A stretch of DNA of 63,221 bases, filler included, from Reticulomyxa filosa (taxonomy: Eukaryota; Protista; Foraminifera), in NCBI GenBank assembly GCA_000512085.1. It is 20 parts of 20 records of this genome, joined end to end, with 100 filler letters (N's around TTAATTAATTAA, not from the genome) between each part and the next. Parts side by side here need not be neighbours in the genome. Positions count along the whole stretch, not along the records: positions 1 to 5,756 come from ASPP01025201.1; positions 5,857 to 7,070 come from ASPP01022659.1; positions 7,171 to 9,168 come from ASPP01018986.1; positions 9,269 to 12,177 come from ASPP01000381.1; positions 12,278 to 14,657 come from ASPP01034415.1; 15 more parts are not named here. One strand, written 5' to 3'. Every line of letters begins with the position of its first letter. The first letter of the stretch is position 1. Both the position numbers and the translations under genes were made by a program. Of this stretch, positions 1-13,629 are shown piece by piece. A model generated the notes under the pieces. The model made no database searches. It was not told where the DNA came from and worked only from the letters and a program-made list of their open reading frames with translations.

Positions 1-270
1 ATTCGTAGATATTTTTTTTTTTAAATTTTGATTAAATGTTGTTTTTTCATTGAGAAACACAATCATCTAATAAGGTGGCATTTTAGGTGTCAACTTTATT
101 TTTTATCTTACTGTATAATAACAGCTCTTATCACAAAAATATTGATCAACTTTTTAACAAACTTAATGGTATTTATTTGTTGAATATAGCTATTATTGTG
201 ATTTCACTCAATGTGTCATTTGTTATGGAAAACAATGCTTACATAAATTTACTAATACCAAATATAATCA

Positions 271-498
271 ATGCCAAGTCGAAGTGAAGACAAGCAGATT
301 AATAATGTTCTCGATGTACTTGCACTTTACAAGGGTGACATCATCAAAACCACTTTGAATCGCAAAGAATGGAAAATATATTTTTATCACAATGGACATT
401 GTATCGGTCCTGATCAAGGAATTGATGTGGTTCCTAATACTTACTTTCCAGCCATCAATGTGTACTGTGAAAGAAATGCTTCTGCAAATTTTCTTTGA
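271..498 (+). pseudogene. SPRY/B30.2-like domain fragment
   Basis: KGDIIKTTLNRKEWKIYFYHNG..IG...YFPAINVY resembles the SPRY C-terminal pattern GDvIgv.lD..g.i.FykNG...yyPavs. It is an isolated fragment. Confidence 0.4.
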
Positions 499-594
499 CT
501 TTTTTTTCCTTCAAGGCAAATTTGATTATTTTGCACAAAACTTCAACTCCAATTAATTAAGAAAAAAATTTGTGTATATGCATGTACAAGTTCA

Positions 595-821
595 TTGCAA
601 CCGGGCTGTGCGATTTACAATGACAAAGGCGTTAAGTTGCGAGGCAATACCCCGCCAACGCCATACTATGCAATTTCCCCAAGGGAACTTCCAATAATCC
701 TGCTTTGCTGCCTCACACAGGTCGTCACTTTCTTTCACGAATTTGGGCAAGTAATGAATCAAATTTGTGGACAGCCCACGTTAGCACGCTTTACCGGAAT
801 TGCTTGTCAACATCACTTTGC
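595..821 (+). pseudogene. M3A peptidase (thimet oligopeptidase/neurolysin-like) pseudogene fragment
   Basis: Across two frameshifts it reads LQPGC..QYPANAILCNFPKGTSNNPALLPH / QVVTFFHEFGQVMNQICGQPTLARFTG, matching the M3A segment around HEFGH. The second zinc ligand H is changed to Q. Confidence 0.75.
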
Positions 822-2825
822 ATTTATTTCTCTCGGATTTAGTCTTTTATTCCAGTTTACTAAACTTTTTTTTCTTAGATTACAGTGTTAGAAAAAAAAA
901 TGGACATAAAAGACATCATACGTGGAATGATAGCTACGAGTGTGCTAGAGCATCTGGGCTATTGTGGTCTCCGTACATACATGCTTTTCTCATTCTGGAA
1001 CAATTGTACTTAATTGTACTTTGGGCGGAGTCCATCATGACCCATTTTTTGTGATAGGAAAAAATATTCACAATCGAACTTTTTTAATGAAAGTAAATTT
1101 CCATTTGATTGAAGATTAATTAAAGTTATAAATTGTGGTGATTATATTCGAAAGAAACTATCTTCCAAGAACATATTTTTTGTCATGATCATCCGCTGAA
1201 TTAACATTTCAGTTCTTAAGATCAATGCATGAAATTTTATTTAATAACAAAAAAAGATTCCACAAAATAAATACCTATAAACATTTGCAGGTTTATTCTA
1301 AAAAAATGAAATAAAAATAAATTGTACTTTATACATGTGATGATAAAATTACTCACATATTAAAATAATCAAATTTCTATTTGAAAAAATAATGTAATTA
1401 ACAAAAAATTGTATATATTTTCAAAAGATTGTGAATGAATGCTGATTTTTCCATTTTGTTACGCAATACTTTGTCATAAATGTCAATAATTCTTTTTACT
1501 TTAAAAGTAATGTAAGAAATGTTGAAAATAAATTAAAATTATATCATATAAAATTTGAATAAAACAAGAAACAAATATAAAAAAAAAGAAATACTTTCAA
1601 TACTGGCAATTTTTTTGTAATGTGATTAAATTAAAATTTTTTTAAGTTTAAAAAATTCATTTTTTGACATATTCCCTTTTATTTTTTTAACTAGTTAATA
1701 TGATTCAATAAAGAAGGTATTTGAATCAAATGATCTCCAGATATCAGCATTTAATGCTGTTATTATGGCGGAATTATACTACTTTAAAGTGTAAGTATCT
1801 ATGCTCTGTTATATGATGTCAATTTTGATAAGATACAACGTCTGCAATGATTTGCATTACATTGTTGACAATGTTTTTTATGTTGATCATGTTAGTTGCT
1901 ACAATGACAAGTCAATTATGTATATTTTTATCATTTAAATGTTTTATTGTTGTATTTTTTTAGGAAGGACCGTTTTGGTCAGTGAAAACAGAAATGCCAA
2001 TTGTTCCATGTACAACATTAACTTTTCAACTTCAACAAAATTAGTTATTAGTGAACTTGATGCGAACTAAATCATTTACAAGATTACATAAGAACTTATG
2101 TTTTTTATTTTATTTTGTAAGAGTTGTTTTTGATTTTGTTTGTCTAGAACTACTTTCAACATGAGCAATTTTATTTTTGTTCTTCCAGTTTAATATGGTT
2201 TTGTTGATCACTTGGATTTCAACTTCATTTTTTTTATGTCTTTTTCTCTTGATGATGTTGATAGGAAAATTACTTGACCTTTTTTTCTTTCAAGATAAAC
2301 GAACAACTGTTTCGTCTGTACAAAATAATCACAATAATCAATTATAACTTGATTCACTTCGAACGACTTAAAATTGAATTTACTACAATCTTATCACTTT
2401 ATCTAGTGTCGATTTATCACTTAACTCTTTTAAGCTAACAGCCCAAGTTGGATATACCATTACACCGTCTCAGATTCGGTTAAACTCGAACAAACACACA
2501 ATACAAGAATCCTTTCAAACACCATCACAAAGCTTTCTCTTTGACATTTTTTCAGTGTTGAGTGCTGATTTAGACACACATCTGCTAAGTTAAGTATAAA
2601 AAAGGGGAAAAAAGAGTGTAATTCTTGCTTGAAAAAACAAAGCAAAAACAAAATTTGCATGCTTGGCAGTTCGACCAGTTTTCTTCTACTCTTGCCTTGC
2701 ACACCAAAAAAAAAAAAATGAAACTACAACACCACAGCAAAAACAAATCAAAAAAGAAATGAAACAAGACAAACATACAAAAAAAAGCAGACATTACAAA
2801 ATAATATTGTCTTTCCCAAGATTTT

Positions 2826-5165
2826 TCAACATTTTTTTCTTTTTGTCGAACTTGTCGCGATCTCTTGTGTAATCAACAGCGAATGCATCTTGAAGACTAA
2901 AAACTGACACACTCTAAAAAAAAAACAAAACAAAATAAAAAACGAAAACCACAAGCAAAAATGAATAAATGTGAATTTTGAGTATATACCTCCGTTTTAT
3001 TTTTCCTCCCTCTACCGAAAAGTGCACCTACATAAACTACAAAAGTTTCAAAACTCCTTCTAATTGAGGTTTTTTCAAACGACTCGAATTCAGTTTAGGT
3101 ACACTCTTTGCAGTTTTAAAATGAGCAGATGCCTTGTTTCTGCTCGATTTTTCCTCTCCACGATCAAACAGTCCTGCATCATTTCCATTAAAAATGCCAC
3201 TGCCGCTGCTTTCCCTTTTGTAATTGTCCGATCCGTTGCGCACCAAGGTTGCTTGTAATGACTCCATTTCAGGCTCCTTTTTTTCGGCAAAGTCCGAGTC
3301 TTCTTCCAATGGATTCAACACAAGTTTCGTGTTTACATTGTTTTTCATGTACGACCTTTGCCGCTCAAGTTTGTGCTGATTCTCGGCGTCAATCAGATCC
3401 AATTTGCACTTCTAAAGGGTATCCCTCATTATAAACAAATATTACCAATTATGACAACAACAAACAACCTTTTATTCTGATGGTCAAACTTCCTTTCCCC
3501 TCCTCTCCTTGCACACCTCTCTTTTTTCCAGATCAACAAAAAAATAATAATAATGAACTCATCCAACTTAACTAATGCTGTGTGGTAAAGACTAGTCAAA
3601 GAGACTCTTTTTAAATCGCTGTGCATACAACATTTAATCTCCAAGTCTAATCATATATGTGATTACATTTGCAAATTTTTTTTTAATTATTGTTATTTAA
3701 AAGTTAAAAAAAAAAAAAAAAAAAAAAAAACTTGGATTCTGGATGGCTCGTGGTAATTGATGCCACCAAACCAGCTGCACGCTCATCCGTTGTTTAATCG
3801 CACGCAACATCTTCAAAATGGACGCATATACACAAAACAAGGCAACAAATAAAACGTATACAAACACATCTTACACTTTATCACTGAACTGACACATAAA
3901 CCTATATCCTATCTCGACATACGAGAATATATCATAAATTGTATATATTTCAAGAATATTTGTGATTTTGAAAATGTACAAAGTTGATATGTATATGCAT
4001 ATGTACATACGTATATATATATACGTATATATATATATGTATATATGTATATGTATGTATATATAAAAAGAACATTATATCGCAATTGACTGGCCCCTTC
4101 AAAAAGTTTGGTAAGTATGTCGTAATCTTGAATTTGCAAGCGCTTGCCCAAAGCAGGAATGGTAAATGTTCGACACAAGTCGGCTCCTGTAATATTGGAT
4201 TGCAGCACTTTTTTCATGACCACCCCAGAACGAATTCCACAAACTGTTGCAAAATAACACACGATTTCGGCGTTGGTCCAACTCGACAATTGCTTTTGTC
4301 CCAACTTCGGCGGAGCGCAAGAATTACGCCCTTTTCGTAATATATTTTGGATCAATGCTTTTTGTTCCATCTCGCTCATTTGATTTTCGCTTGTCTGCTT
4401 TTCTTTTGTTTCTTTTCCTTTCTCCTTCTTGTCTTCCACTACCACACGGTACTTATCTGTGTCTAATGGCATTTCAAAGATCTGTTTGCACATGCATCCC
4501 CCCCTTTTTTTTTTTTTTTTAAAAAAAAAAATTTGTATGTGTGTGTGTATGTGTGGTGTGTACATGTGATGTTTGCAGGTAGAGTTATACGTAACGAAAT
4601 ATCCTTTGGAGGGGTCGTCAGGGTAACGATCCATGCTGCAAATTAAACGCACCCAATCAGATAAAGAGCTTTGAGCCCAAGGACTAAAGTCACCTCCGAT
4701 CCTTACGTATTTCCAAAATGTTGCTTGGTACCACTCTTCATCAATGCTGTCCAGTGATGCGTTTGAATCGGCAGATGACTCGCTTGATATACTACCTGAC
4801 GACGCGCTTCTTCCATGTCTAGTGCTTGCTGCTATACTTTGTGGGGTTCTTTGCTCTGTACTCAATGACTCACTACCAGGACTGCTGAAATCGACACCCA
4901 TCGAAGAATGTCCATTAAACTGTGCCACTCGGTTAGAGCAACAGCTACTTGATACTTCAGGATGCCTTTCTATCTGTGGGGTGAGGACTTCAATGCGTTG
5001 GCCCGGGGATAAATTGGAGTATTTCCCCGTAATCAGTGTTTCCACTTTTTTTTTTTCGACATATATTGGTCATATATCAAAAAAAAAAACTTTACTGTAC
5101 CACTGTTGTTCTGTGCTCCGAAATATGTCGATACGTTGCATTGTGCAATAAAGAAGTTTTTTCAT
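2826..5165 (-). CDS. Multi-exon protein with a SAM-like domain and a possible divergent GYF domain
   Basis: LSSWTNAEIVCYF...SNITGADLCRTFTIPALGKRLQIQD resembles SAM. FWKY...GDFSPW...DW...GYF is GYF-like. Exons inferred from GT-AG boundaries; ends approximate. Confidence 0.45.
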
Positions 5166-5756
5166 TTCCTCGTATATTTTTATAGTGTTTTATTTCTTAC
5201 AAAGAATACAAGAATATACCAGATCGATAAAGTTACTGGCGGCTCAATTGAACATTTGTAAAAAAATTAATACAGACAAAATATGCTTGTATTTTATTTG
5301 AAAATAGCAAACATACTAAATATAATAGATCACTATGAAAAAGAAACTAAAGTTTTAGCATGTAAGCATAATAATGACTGTAATTTCTCACGTAAAATCG
5401 AAATAAGTTAAATCAGATGTAATACTAAAATGATCAAAGTACCAATATGTGGTGATTGAGTTATATTAATTGTTTCGTTATAAAATGGATCAGACATAAA
5501 AATTAATTACATAAATTTAAAAATTGATGTAAATGTTAAGCCTTTTGAAAGTTTATTTGGAACAAGTTCCTTTCGTATTACACTTAGTCCACTTACTGTT
5601 CGTACAAAAGTAAACTAAGCAAACAAGTAAGTTTTGAGAAAAAAGAGATTCCTAAATTCAAACAAGACTTTTCTATACAGTTACTAGTGCCTTATCCTAC
5701 ACAAATTTATTAGTAAATAAAATAAAGTACGACTAATTCAATGTTTTGAAAGATAA

Positions 5757-5856
5757 NNNNNNNNNNNNNNNNNNNNNNNNNNNNNNNNNNNNNNNNNNNN
5801 TTAATTAATTAANNNNNNNNNNNNNNNNNNNNNNNNNNNNNNNNNNNNNNNNNNNN
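5757..5856. other. Artificial contig linker (44N-TTAATTAATTAA-44N), first of 19
   Basis: Identical 100-bp spacers with stops in all six frames start at 5757, 7071, 9169, 12178, 14658, 27752, 29841, 32839, 33939, 35229, 36655, 38457, 39642, 40779, 42272, 51339, 57035, 59114 and 61439. Adjacency across them is not biological. Confidence 0.98.
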
Positions 5857-5940
5857 TTGATTTTGATTTTGATTTTGATTTTGATCTTGATTTTCGTTTT
5901 GATTTTGATTTTGATTTTCGTTTTGATCTTGACCTTGATT
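5857..5940 (+). repeat. Coding hexamer repeat (TTTTGA)n encoding (NQ)n
   Basis: Visible tandem ttttga/tcttga units. Confidence 0.85.
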
Positions 5941-6950
5941 TGATGAAGTTTGATTTTCAGGATGAACTACATTTTCATTTGCTTGTTCTCGCTCTCTCTC
6001 TCGTTCGAGCTCACGTTCATATTCCTGTTTACGTTGATTCTTCATAGCATTGAATTCCATTTCCACGTCTGCACTGCTTTGGTTCTGATGAGTGCCTCCT
6101 GTTCCTGTCACTTGGATTTTCATTCGCGTTTCGGATCTTTCATCCTCTTCCGACGAGGATTCCATTTGCGACTCAAAGTTTTCCATTTCCGCATGTGTCG
6201 ATGCGGCCTCTTCCAACGCCGCTTGTTGTTCTTGTAAAAAGATTTCGACTGTAACCCAACATACGCATACACATACAGATAGATAATATAAATAGTCATA
6301 ATACTTTTGTTCCTAAAAAAAAAAAAAAAAAAAACAAACAACTAAACTTTCGGCTGGTGTCGAAAAGAATCTCTTGACTTCTACATCTTCAGTGTCATTT
6401 TTGAGTCTGGCGATACACACGCGGACGTCATCTCGAGTGACAATGGCCTCCTTTTTTACTAGTTCGGTCGATAGCAACCTGGCCAAAGCGAAGCGCACGT
6501 TCGATATGCGGTCATCTCCGTATGCAACTAACTTTGGCAAAAAGCGTTCGTTGAAAATCGTTGGGCTGATGCGAGTAAAGCATGCCTCGCACAACTTTAC
6601 ATATCTGAGAGGAGGGTTTGTGTTGTGTCGTGTTGTGTTGTGTTTTATGTTGTTATTTTTTTTTTCTCTTGTAAGGAAGATCGTTCTTTGTCCACGCTTG
6701 AAACAAAACTATAAAGACGAAACAAAAGTCTTTTGGAATAGGTTCGTGCAGCGTGAATGGAGTCACATTTTGCAATGACATCTTCGAATTGCTCCTGTGT
6801 GCCTTTCTTTTCAAAATAGTTGATCAACTCGGCTATCGGTATTACTGCCGCGTATCTCACGTCTGCCATTCTGTCGTCGCACAATTGGAATGCCAAGGGA
6901 ACTATTTGTTCGATTACTTGTTCTGGTTTGAACAAAGGCAAATCTCGTCT
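5857..6950 (-). CDS. HEAT-repeat protein phosphatase regulatory subunit, PP4R1-like (C-terminal exons, partial)
   Basis: PLAFQLCDDRMADVRYAA, FLPKLVAYGDDRISNVRFALARLL and LKNDTEDVEVKRFF match the last HEAT repeats of PP4R1/PP2A-A proteins. Followed by an acidic, Q/N-rich tail; truncated by contig ends. Confidence 0.7.
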
Positions 6951-7413
6951 AACTGTCTATCTTTCCCACCAACAAATAGTCAATCAACAAATAAATGAAA
7001 CAAGACAATCCTAAAAAAAAAAAAAAAAAAAGAGTATATATGCATATAGATATATATTTTTATATTTATANNNNNNNNNNNNNNNNNNNNNNNNNNNNNN
7101 NNNNNNNNNNNNNNTTAATTAATTAANNNNNNNNNNNNNNNNNNNNNNNNNNNNNNNNNNNNNNNNNNNNTTATTATTATTATTACCATTGTCATTATTA
7201 TTTTACTTTCAAACCAAATTGACAAACAAACAAACAAAATTATGTGAAAATGCGACTCTTCTTTTCTACATACCATTTCATTTTTTTCTTCATTGAACTG
7301 CTTTGCTGATGTTTCATTTTCCAATCGCAACTGTCCTGTCTCTTCCTTTTTTTTTTTTTTTTTTTTTTTTGAAAAAAATTATATGTTTTCCTCTCTCTCT
7401 TCTTCTTCCCTTT

Positions 7414-8028
7414 TCAGACAAGCTCAATCTCTGCGAAACAAAATGTAACTGGACGATGCAATTTGCAATGTTGCAACGAATCGAGCAGTTTGGTGACCAA
7501 ATCGAAATGGAATTTCAGGTTTGAGATCAAATGGTATTGCAATTTGTGCCGCGGACACTGGTGATCACATCCAAAAGGTTTGAACCAACAGTTGACCAAC
7601 GCAAGTTGGCAGTCTTTTTGCAAATGTTCATTCAAGTCTTTTATTTTCCCTTTGAAATCGCATTTTATCATTGCCGAGTCTTGCTCTTGCTCATAGTGTT
7701 CGGACGGACTTGAGTCCTGCTCAAATTGCTTTGGACACATTACTGTTAGGTCATCGATATACAATTGCATTGCTTTGCTTTTGATATATCGACAACCGTC
7801 GTGCGATTGAATGGGACAAAAATTTTTGTTGGCACTCAGATATTGCTTCAAACATGCCTTCCCAATTGTCAAGGATTCGTGCTCAGGACAATTGATTTCA
7901 AGTGGTGGGTTGGCAATTTGCTCGCAAAGCAAACACACGTAATGTTTTATTTGCTCAGGTTGGTTGGACTGCAACACCCAAGTTTTGTTAAAGCATGAAC
8001 CTTGAAGAAAGCTGTACTGTTTTTCCAT
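7414..8028 (-). CDS. RING-like + TRAF-type zinc-finger protein (N-terminus of expanded TRAF/WD40 family)
   Basis: [19 protein letters not shown]...CLKQYL...CPIQSHDGC, then [18 protein letters not shown] and [12 protein letters not shown]...H...H. Paralog at 62470-62895. Confidence 0.75.
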   Translation of the reverse strand: MEKQYSFLQGSCFNKTWVLQSNQPEQIKHYVCLLCEQIANPPLEINCPEHESLTIGKACLKQYLSANKNFCPIQSHDGCRYIKSKAMQLYIDDLTVMCPKQFEQDSSPSEHYEQEQDSAMIKCDFKGKIKDLNEHLQKDCQLALVNCWFKPFGCDHQCPRHKLQYHLISNLKFHFDLVTKLLDSLQHCKLHRPVTFCFAEIELV

Positions 8029-10542
8029 TTGTACTTTTTCTATTATCTTTTTACTACCAGTTCTTTGCTTTTTTTTTATGCAAATGTATCAATCACCAAT
8101 TTTTTTTTTTTTGACTAAAATTTCTGTTCAATAGGGACTTTCCAAAACTTGCTACAGTTGAAACCTAGTTTTTAAATCAATGTATTTGTGTATTTGCATG
8201 CGTGTTTGTATTTTTTTGATAATAGTTTCAATAAAATTTACAATAAATGGCTATACACATTGAAACGTTTGTTAGCATTCAATGATCATGCACATTCATT
8301 TGTATATATTGTTATCAAAAACATAAATATGGGATGCTATTGCATTATGACTGTTTTTGTGATATCTTGTTGATCGTCCCACAACACCTGTACAATCAAT
8401 CTGCGGGCTCAATGAATTGTGTCCAATTTGCTCCAGTTGACTATGCTGCAATGTATCGCCGGGCCGTCAGATGGAACAATCAGTCATCATATTTTTCAAA
8501 GTTATATTTTTAAAAAATTGTTATTATTACACTATATGTATATAATATAATTTATTTGTATGTGTGTTAAAACAAAGGGAAACCAACGAGCAATCAATGG
8601 AAAAAACAATCGAGCTTTGAAGAACACACAGCGGAGCCTTGGTTTGAAAAAACTTCAATCATTTATTTTTAAACAAAAAAGACTTATTTATGAAGAAAAT
8701 ATATCAAATTCCATTGACTGTTTGAGAGATTTTCAAAAATTACAATAATGATTTTGGTAGTGGATGTGAATATTTTCGTCAAACATATACATATATCACT
8801 TGCGCAACCGATCCAAGTAACATTTCCAATGTTTTTAACTCTGTTAAGTCAAACTTTTGACGCAGTCATTTCGCGAATGTATTTTATTTTATGTTCATAT
8901 TTTATCGATTTGTAAATTATTTTTTTGCATTAATATAGCTAAATTATTTTGACTTCCAAATTTGCACAACATTTACGACGGCACAGATAGTAGTTTTTAT
9001 TGTTCCAAGTTTTGATACTTTAATTTATAGAAGAAAGAAAAAGTAAGTTGTCATCTATAAAAGGGTAAAACATTCAATGTATTACAAAAAATCAGAACAA
9101 AGGGATAACAAATATTCACAAAAGGCAAACATCAATTGATATTCTAAAAAAATTGCAAATTCCTTTTTNNNNNNNNNNNNNNNNNNNNNNNNNNNNNNNN
9201 NNNNNNNNNNNNTTAATTAATTAANNNNNNNNNNNNNNNNNNNNNNNNNNNNNNNNNNNNNNNNNNNNAAAAAAGTGATGTATGAAATTTTGTACCATCA
9301 TTAGATTTTTAACTACCTTAATGGGAATCAATCAAGTATTGTCAACTTTTATCTAAACTAACAAATATACCTGATTAGCCTAAAGTTGCAGTGCTTTTTT
9401 TTTTTTTATTTCAAAAAATTTCTTTGATTTTTATTACAAAAAAACATATTTTATTTCAATCAATATTTTTTATTTTCACATGTCCTAAGAACCAAAAAAT
9501 GACAATTTCATCAATATTAAAAAAGATGTTTTTTGTCAAGACAATTAAAAAAATTAATACCACTTGAGGATTTATGTTTAAAAATTTACTCTAGTGTAAT
9601 CTAACACGATATTGAATAATGCTTTTTTTGTACAGACAAAAACGTGATGGACAAGTTTTTTAAAGATGTTTAAATGTTTGCATGTAACTCTAGCCAATCA
9701 AATAAGAATTATGTGGAATAAAAACTCAATCCAGAAAAGAATTTAATATTTTTTCTCAAATGCAAACAGCCTTTTCATTACCACAATTCATTTGTTTGCA
9801 TTGACCTTGGACAACAGTGTCATCGGCCAGCAAATAAGATAAAAGATTTTTAATTGCATCACGCAGTGTCAGTAATTATCTCCTGGTTTTTCGTCTGGTT
9901 GCAGCAAAGAAAGCAGATCGACTTGCTTGTTTTGGAGACGTGCATTGGCAAATAGTTCAGTATAGTCACGAACCATGTTTTAACTATTTCAAATAGTAAC
10001 TATACAAATAAACATTTAGAAAACAAGTAAATTTAGTTATTTTACTATAAAATAATACAAAATGACACATCAATAATAAAACACTTTCTTTGATAACAAT
10101 AATAGTTTAAATTTATTTTTTGTCTTGGTTTTGCTTAAGTTGTTAAAAATACCAATATTTTAACAATTTGAAAAAATATATAATAATTTAGTTTAAATTG
10201 ATAATGTTAGTTTTTTAACAAATTTTTGATCTTTTCATTATGCTTTTGCTTTTTCTTTTGTGTACTTTGTTCCTTTTGGGACGAGGTGGTATAAGATCTT
10301 AACTATACTAAAAAAAATATCGCTTAGTAAACCAATGATCAAACAGAAGGTTCTTGGCAAGTTTGTCGGATACAGAAACATGGCGCAAAGAAAAGTCACA
10401 AAATTCATGCAAATAATGTTTGGCGAGTGACAATGAGCAAGAAAGGTGATCTCTTACACAAATTTGTCTATACAAGATGGGCAAATTAAAAAAAAAAATG
10501 CAAAACAAATCAAAATAAAAAAATAAAATTAAAGTAATATGT

Positions 10543-12177
10543 TCACGCCGTTTGTGCATTGAGTTGTCGTAGCATGTGTCGAAATATGGCAGGACCATCT
10601 GTGTCTGATTCAGTTTTGTTCAACAAATTGTGAGGAGTATCAAATTCTACAACTTTTCCTTTGTCCAAGACCATAATTCGGTCACTGTCCAAAATTGTTT
10701 GCTGTAAACAATGCACACGTATTTTGATGAGCACAGAAACGGCACGGAACGTATACATATGTGTTACATTATTAGAATATTTGTTTTCAGTACCATTTTT
10801 TTTTTTTTTATTAGTGCAAAAACAAATAAAAAAAATGTGAGAAGAAAGCGTTAACAAAACTAGTCTATGTGCAATAGTTAAGACAGTTCGATTGTGAAAC
10901 TTTTGACGCAAGACACTCTGAATAAGCATGTCAGTAACAGGATCGACATTGGATGTTGCTTCATCGACCAATAATATCTTGGACTTGTGTAAGAGCGCTC
11001 TGGCGACACAAATTAATTGTGCTTCACCGGCACTAAAGTTACTTCCGTGTTCACTCATCAAAGTGTTGAGGCCATCTTTCAGCAGCTTTTGAACCATGTC
11101 ACGCATTTGGACAATGTCCAAAACGTCCATGATTTCCTCGTCAGTGTGCAACTCCAAAGGATCGATATTGTAGCGTAGCGTTTCAGTGAACAGCACAGGA
11201 TCCTGTGGAATAATGGAGAGTTGGCTACGTAGATCAAACAGCGACAGTTCGTTGCAATTCATCTTGTTAATTTCTATGTGTCCTTGGTAAGGTTCCAACA
11301 GCCGAAACAGAGTCAAAAACAGGGAGGATTTTCCGGAGCCCGTTCGTCCAACAACTCCAATTTTCTCATTGGCCGCAAATGAGACATTTATATCAGATAG
11401 CACATCACCCAAATGATCTCGATATCTTTTTTTTTTTTCTTTTTTTTTTTTTGTAAATGTATTTATATTTGAAAATAGTTTTACAAAAAAAAAAAAAAAA
11501 CAACAAACCTAGCGTGCAAATGTCGAATAGCAATGTCACCTTGAAGTGGCCACTCTGGTGGAGGGGTAACAACTAACGGTGGGATCTTTTTCTGTCCGTT
11601 GCTTGTCCATCCCTCTGGCGTCAAGCTTTTATATTCTACTGTTTGCATGCAAGGTATACGTATCAAACTTGCATTCCTTCAAATTCACATATTAAAAAAA
11701 AAAAAAAAAAACTAAACATATTCTTTCGACGCTTGTCATGTAATTTTCAACTTCCGCAGTTTGCCGAACAGCCCATTGCAGGTTTCCACTTAGGAAGACC
11801 ATGTAGGTCAAGACGAGCCCGACCGATCCAGGGGCTTGTCCCAAGTGAATGCACACCATGGCAGTGGACCCCACCAGGAACGTGGCCGTCAAGTCGGACA
11901 CAAATCCGAGCCATCTCGAAATCGCCTCAAACATCAAGTTCATTCGGGTGTTCACGTCGACGAGGTCCAGTGACAGGTTCAGCATCATATCGCGTTTGCC
12001 AAAGGCGCGAATGGTCGGCAGTCCGCTGAATATCATGCTGAGTTGGCCAAAGATTGGAGAGCGAGTCAATCCGTCCAGTCTACGAATGCAGCGCGACGAG
12101 TTCACGTACATGCCGCAGGCACGGACGAACGCAATGATTGTTGGCACCACAAGAACTATTATCCATGGACTCGCAAA
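10543..12177 (-). CDS. ABCC/MRP-family ABC transporter, TMD2 end + NBD2 (5' truncated, 3 introns)
   Basis: RSPIF..GLPTIRAFG, ENYMTSVERI, PPPEWPLQGDI, Walker A GRTGSGKS, IIPQDP, signature NFSAGEAQL, Walker B ILLVDE, TIAHRL/QTILDSDRI. Confidence 0.93.
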
Positions 12178-13629
12178 NNNNNNNNNNNNNNNNNNNNNNN
12201 NNNNNNNNNNNNNNNNNNNNNTTAATTAATTAANNNNNNNNNNNNNNNNNNNNNNNNNNNNNNNNNNNNNNNNNNNNAATGTTGGAGATGAATAGCATAT
12301 GAAGTTATGTCGATCTCGAGATTTGAATTTCAACATATTTTCAAAATTGATTTCTCATCTTTCTTTTTCTCATCCACTTCAGCTCGAGTAGCAACTTGCA
12401 CTTGCAAAGATTGCTAATTTATTCTTCTTTTCTTTGTATTCAAATCATAGATATCATCATTATCCAATTTTCTCTTTCTATTGTTGGTTGGCTTATTATC
12501 AATATCCATTTGCGTAGCATGTTGTTAGTATTGATTTATTTTTTCCAATGCTGGAATTCCCAATTGATTAATATCATTACCAATCAATGTATGTGATCTA
12601 ATTCCATGTTTCAATTTGCCATTGATTGTACTAAATGTAATACTAAAGGTTTAAAAAAATATATCGGTTTTCAGCAAAACAAAAGTAAATTAAACAAATA
12701 AAAGATAAACGACACAATAAAAGAAAGAAAGATTGAAGAAGTTTAACACAATGTGTGCTCATAAACTCTTTCAGATTTCAGCTATATATAGTATGTACTT
12801 GCAATATAAATAAGTGGCTATAATGAAAAAGAAAATTTAAAAAAATGAATTTGAATTGTTGAACAAACAGAAAATAAGTAAGTATGTCAGTTGGAGTTCT
12901 AATAATTATTTATATCAAATAAGAAGACGTTCAACGTATTGTATTAAAATATTTATAAATATTTCTAGTTCATTAATGGTATTGTCAACATAATAGTTTT
13001 ATCAAAGAATGATATCAAAAGAACATAGTACAAAAATATTTGGAGAATAAAGTTTAAATTTATCATTAATTAAAAAAATTTAATTTTTTCATAGAAACAA
13101 ATCGGAAAGAGATTTTATGCGATAATGTCGAAAAAGTAATTTTGAGCTATCGAATAGTTGACTTGATGTGCTAATTGGTTACATGAGAAAGAATACGATT
13201 GGTCGGAGAACATGAAAATAATTATGAAAGCACAATGGTATCAATTCGACAACAATAGCAATTCTTTATTCAAAATATTTCTTTTTTAAAATATTTTTAA
13301 CAAGAAATTTGCCATTAATTTTCGTAGCCCATAAAATTTTCAATGTAGTTTTTTTCCTCAAATATCTATGCTAAAGTAGAAAATATTTTGGTAGTAAATG
13401 AGCATTACTTATTCCATAAATGCCACTTTAGAAAATAATGAAGAAATTAAATGTCAAAAACTGTTTTTTCAAATCAAACTTTTGGTACTGACCAGCAAAC
13501 GTGCGAGTACTGTGGGGACTTTCTAAAGACTCCAAAGTTGGAACCATAACTTTTCGACTGCTTGAACTTTGGTGATCAGTTGTTTCATCTTGGTTGAAAT
13601 TTGATTTTGAATTACGTCATTGGACTAGA

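Noticed and set aside
1820-2330. Cys-rich minus-strand stretch (CQQCNANHCRRC) reminiscent of a piggyBac C-terminal domain
   Set aside because: No DDD transposase motifs or terminal repeats found; riddled with stops.
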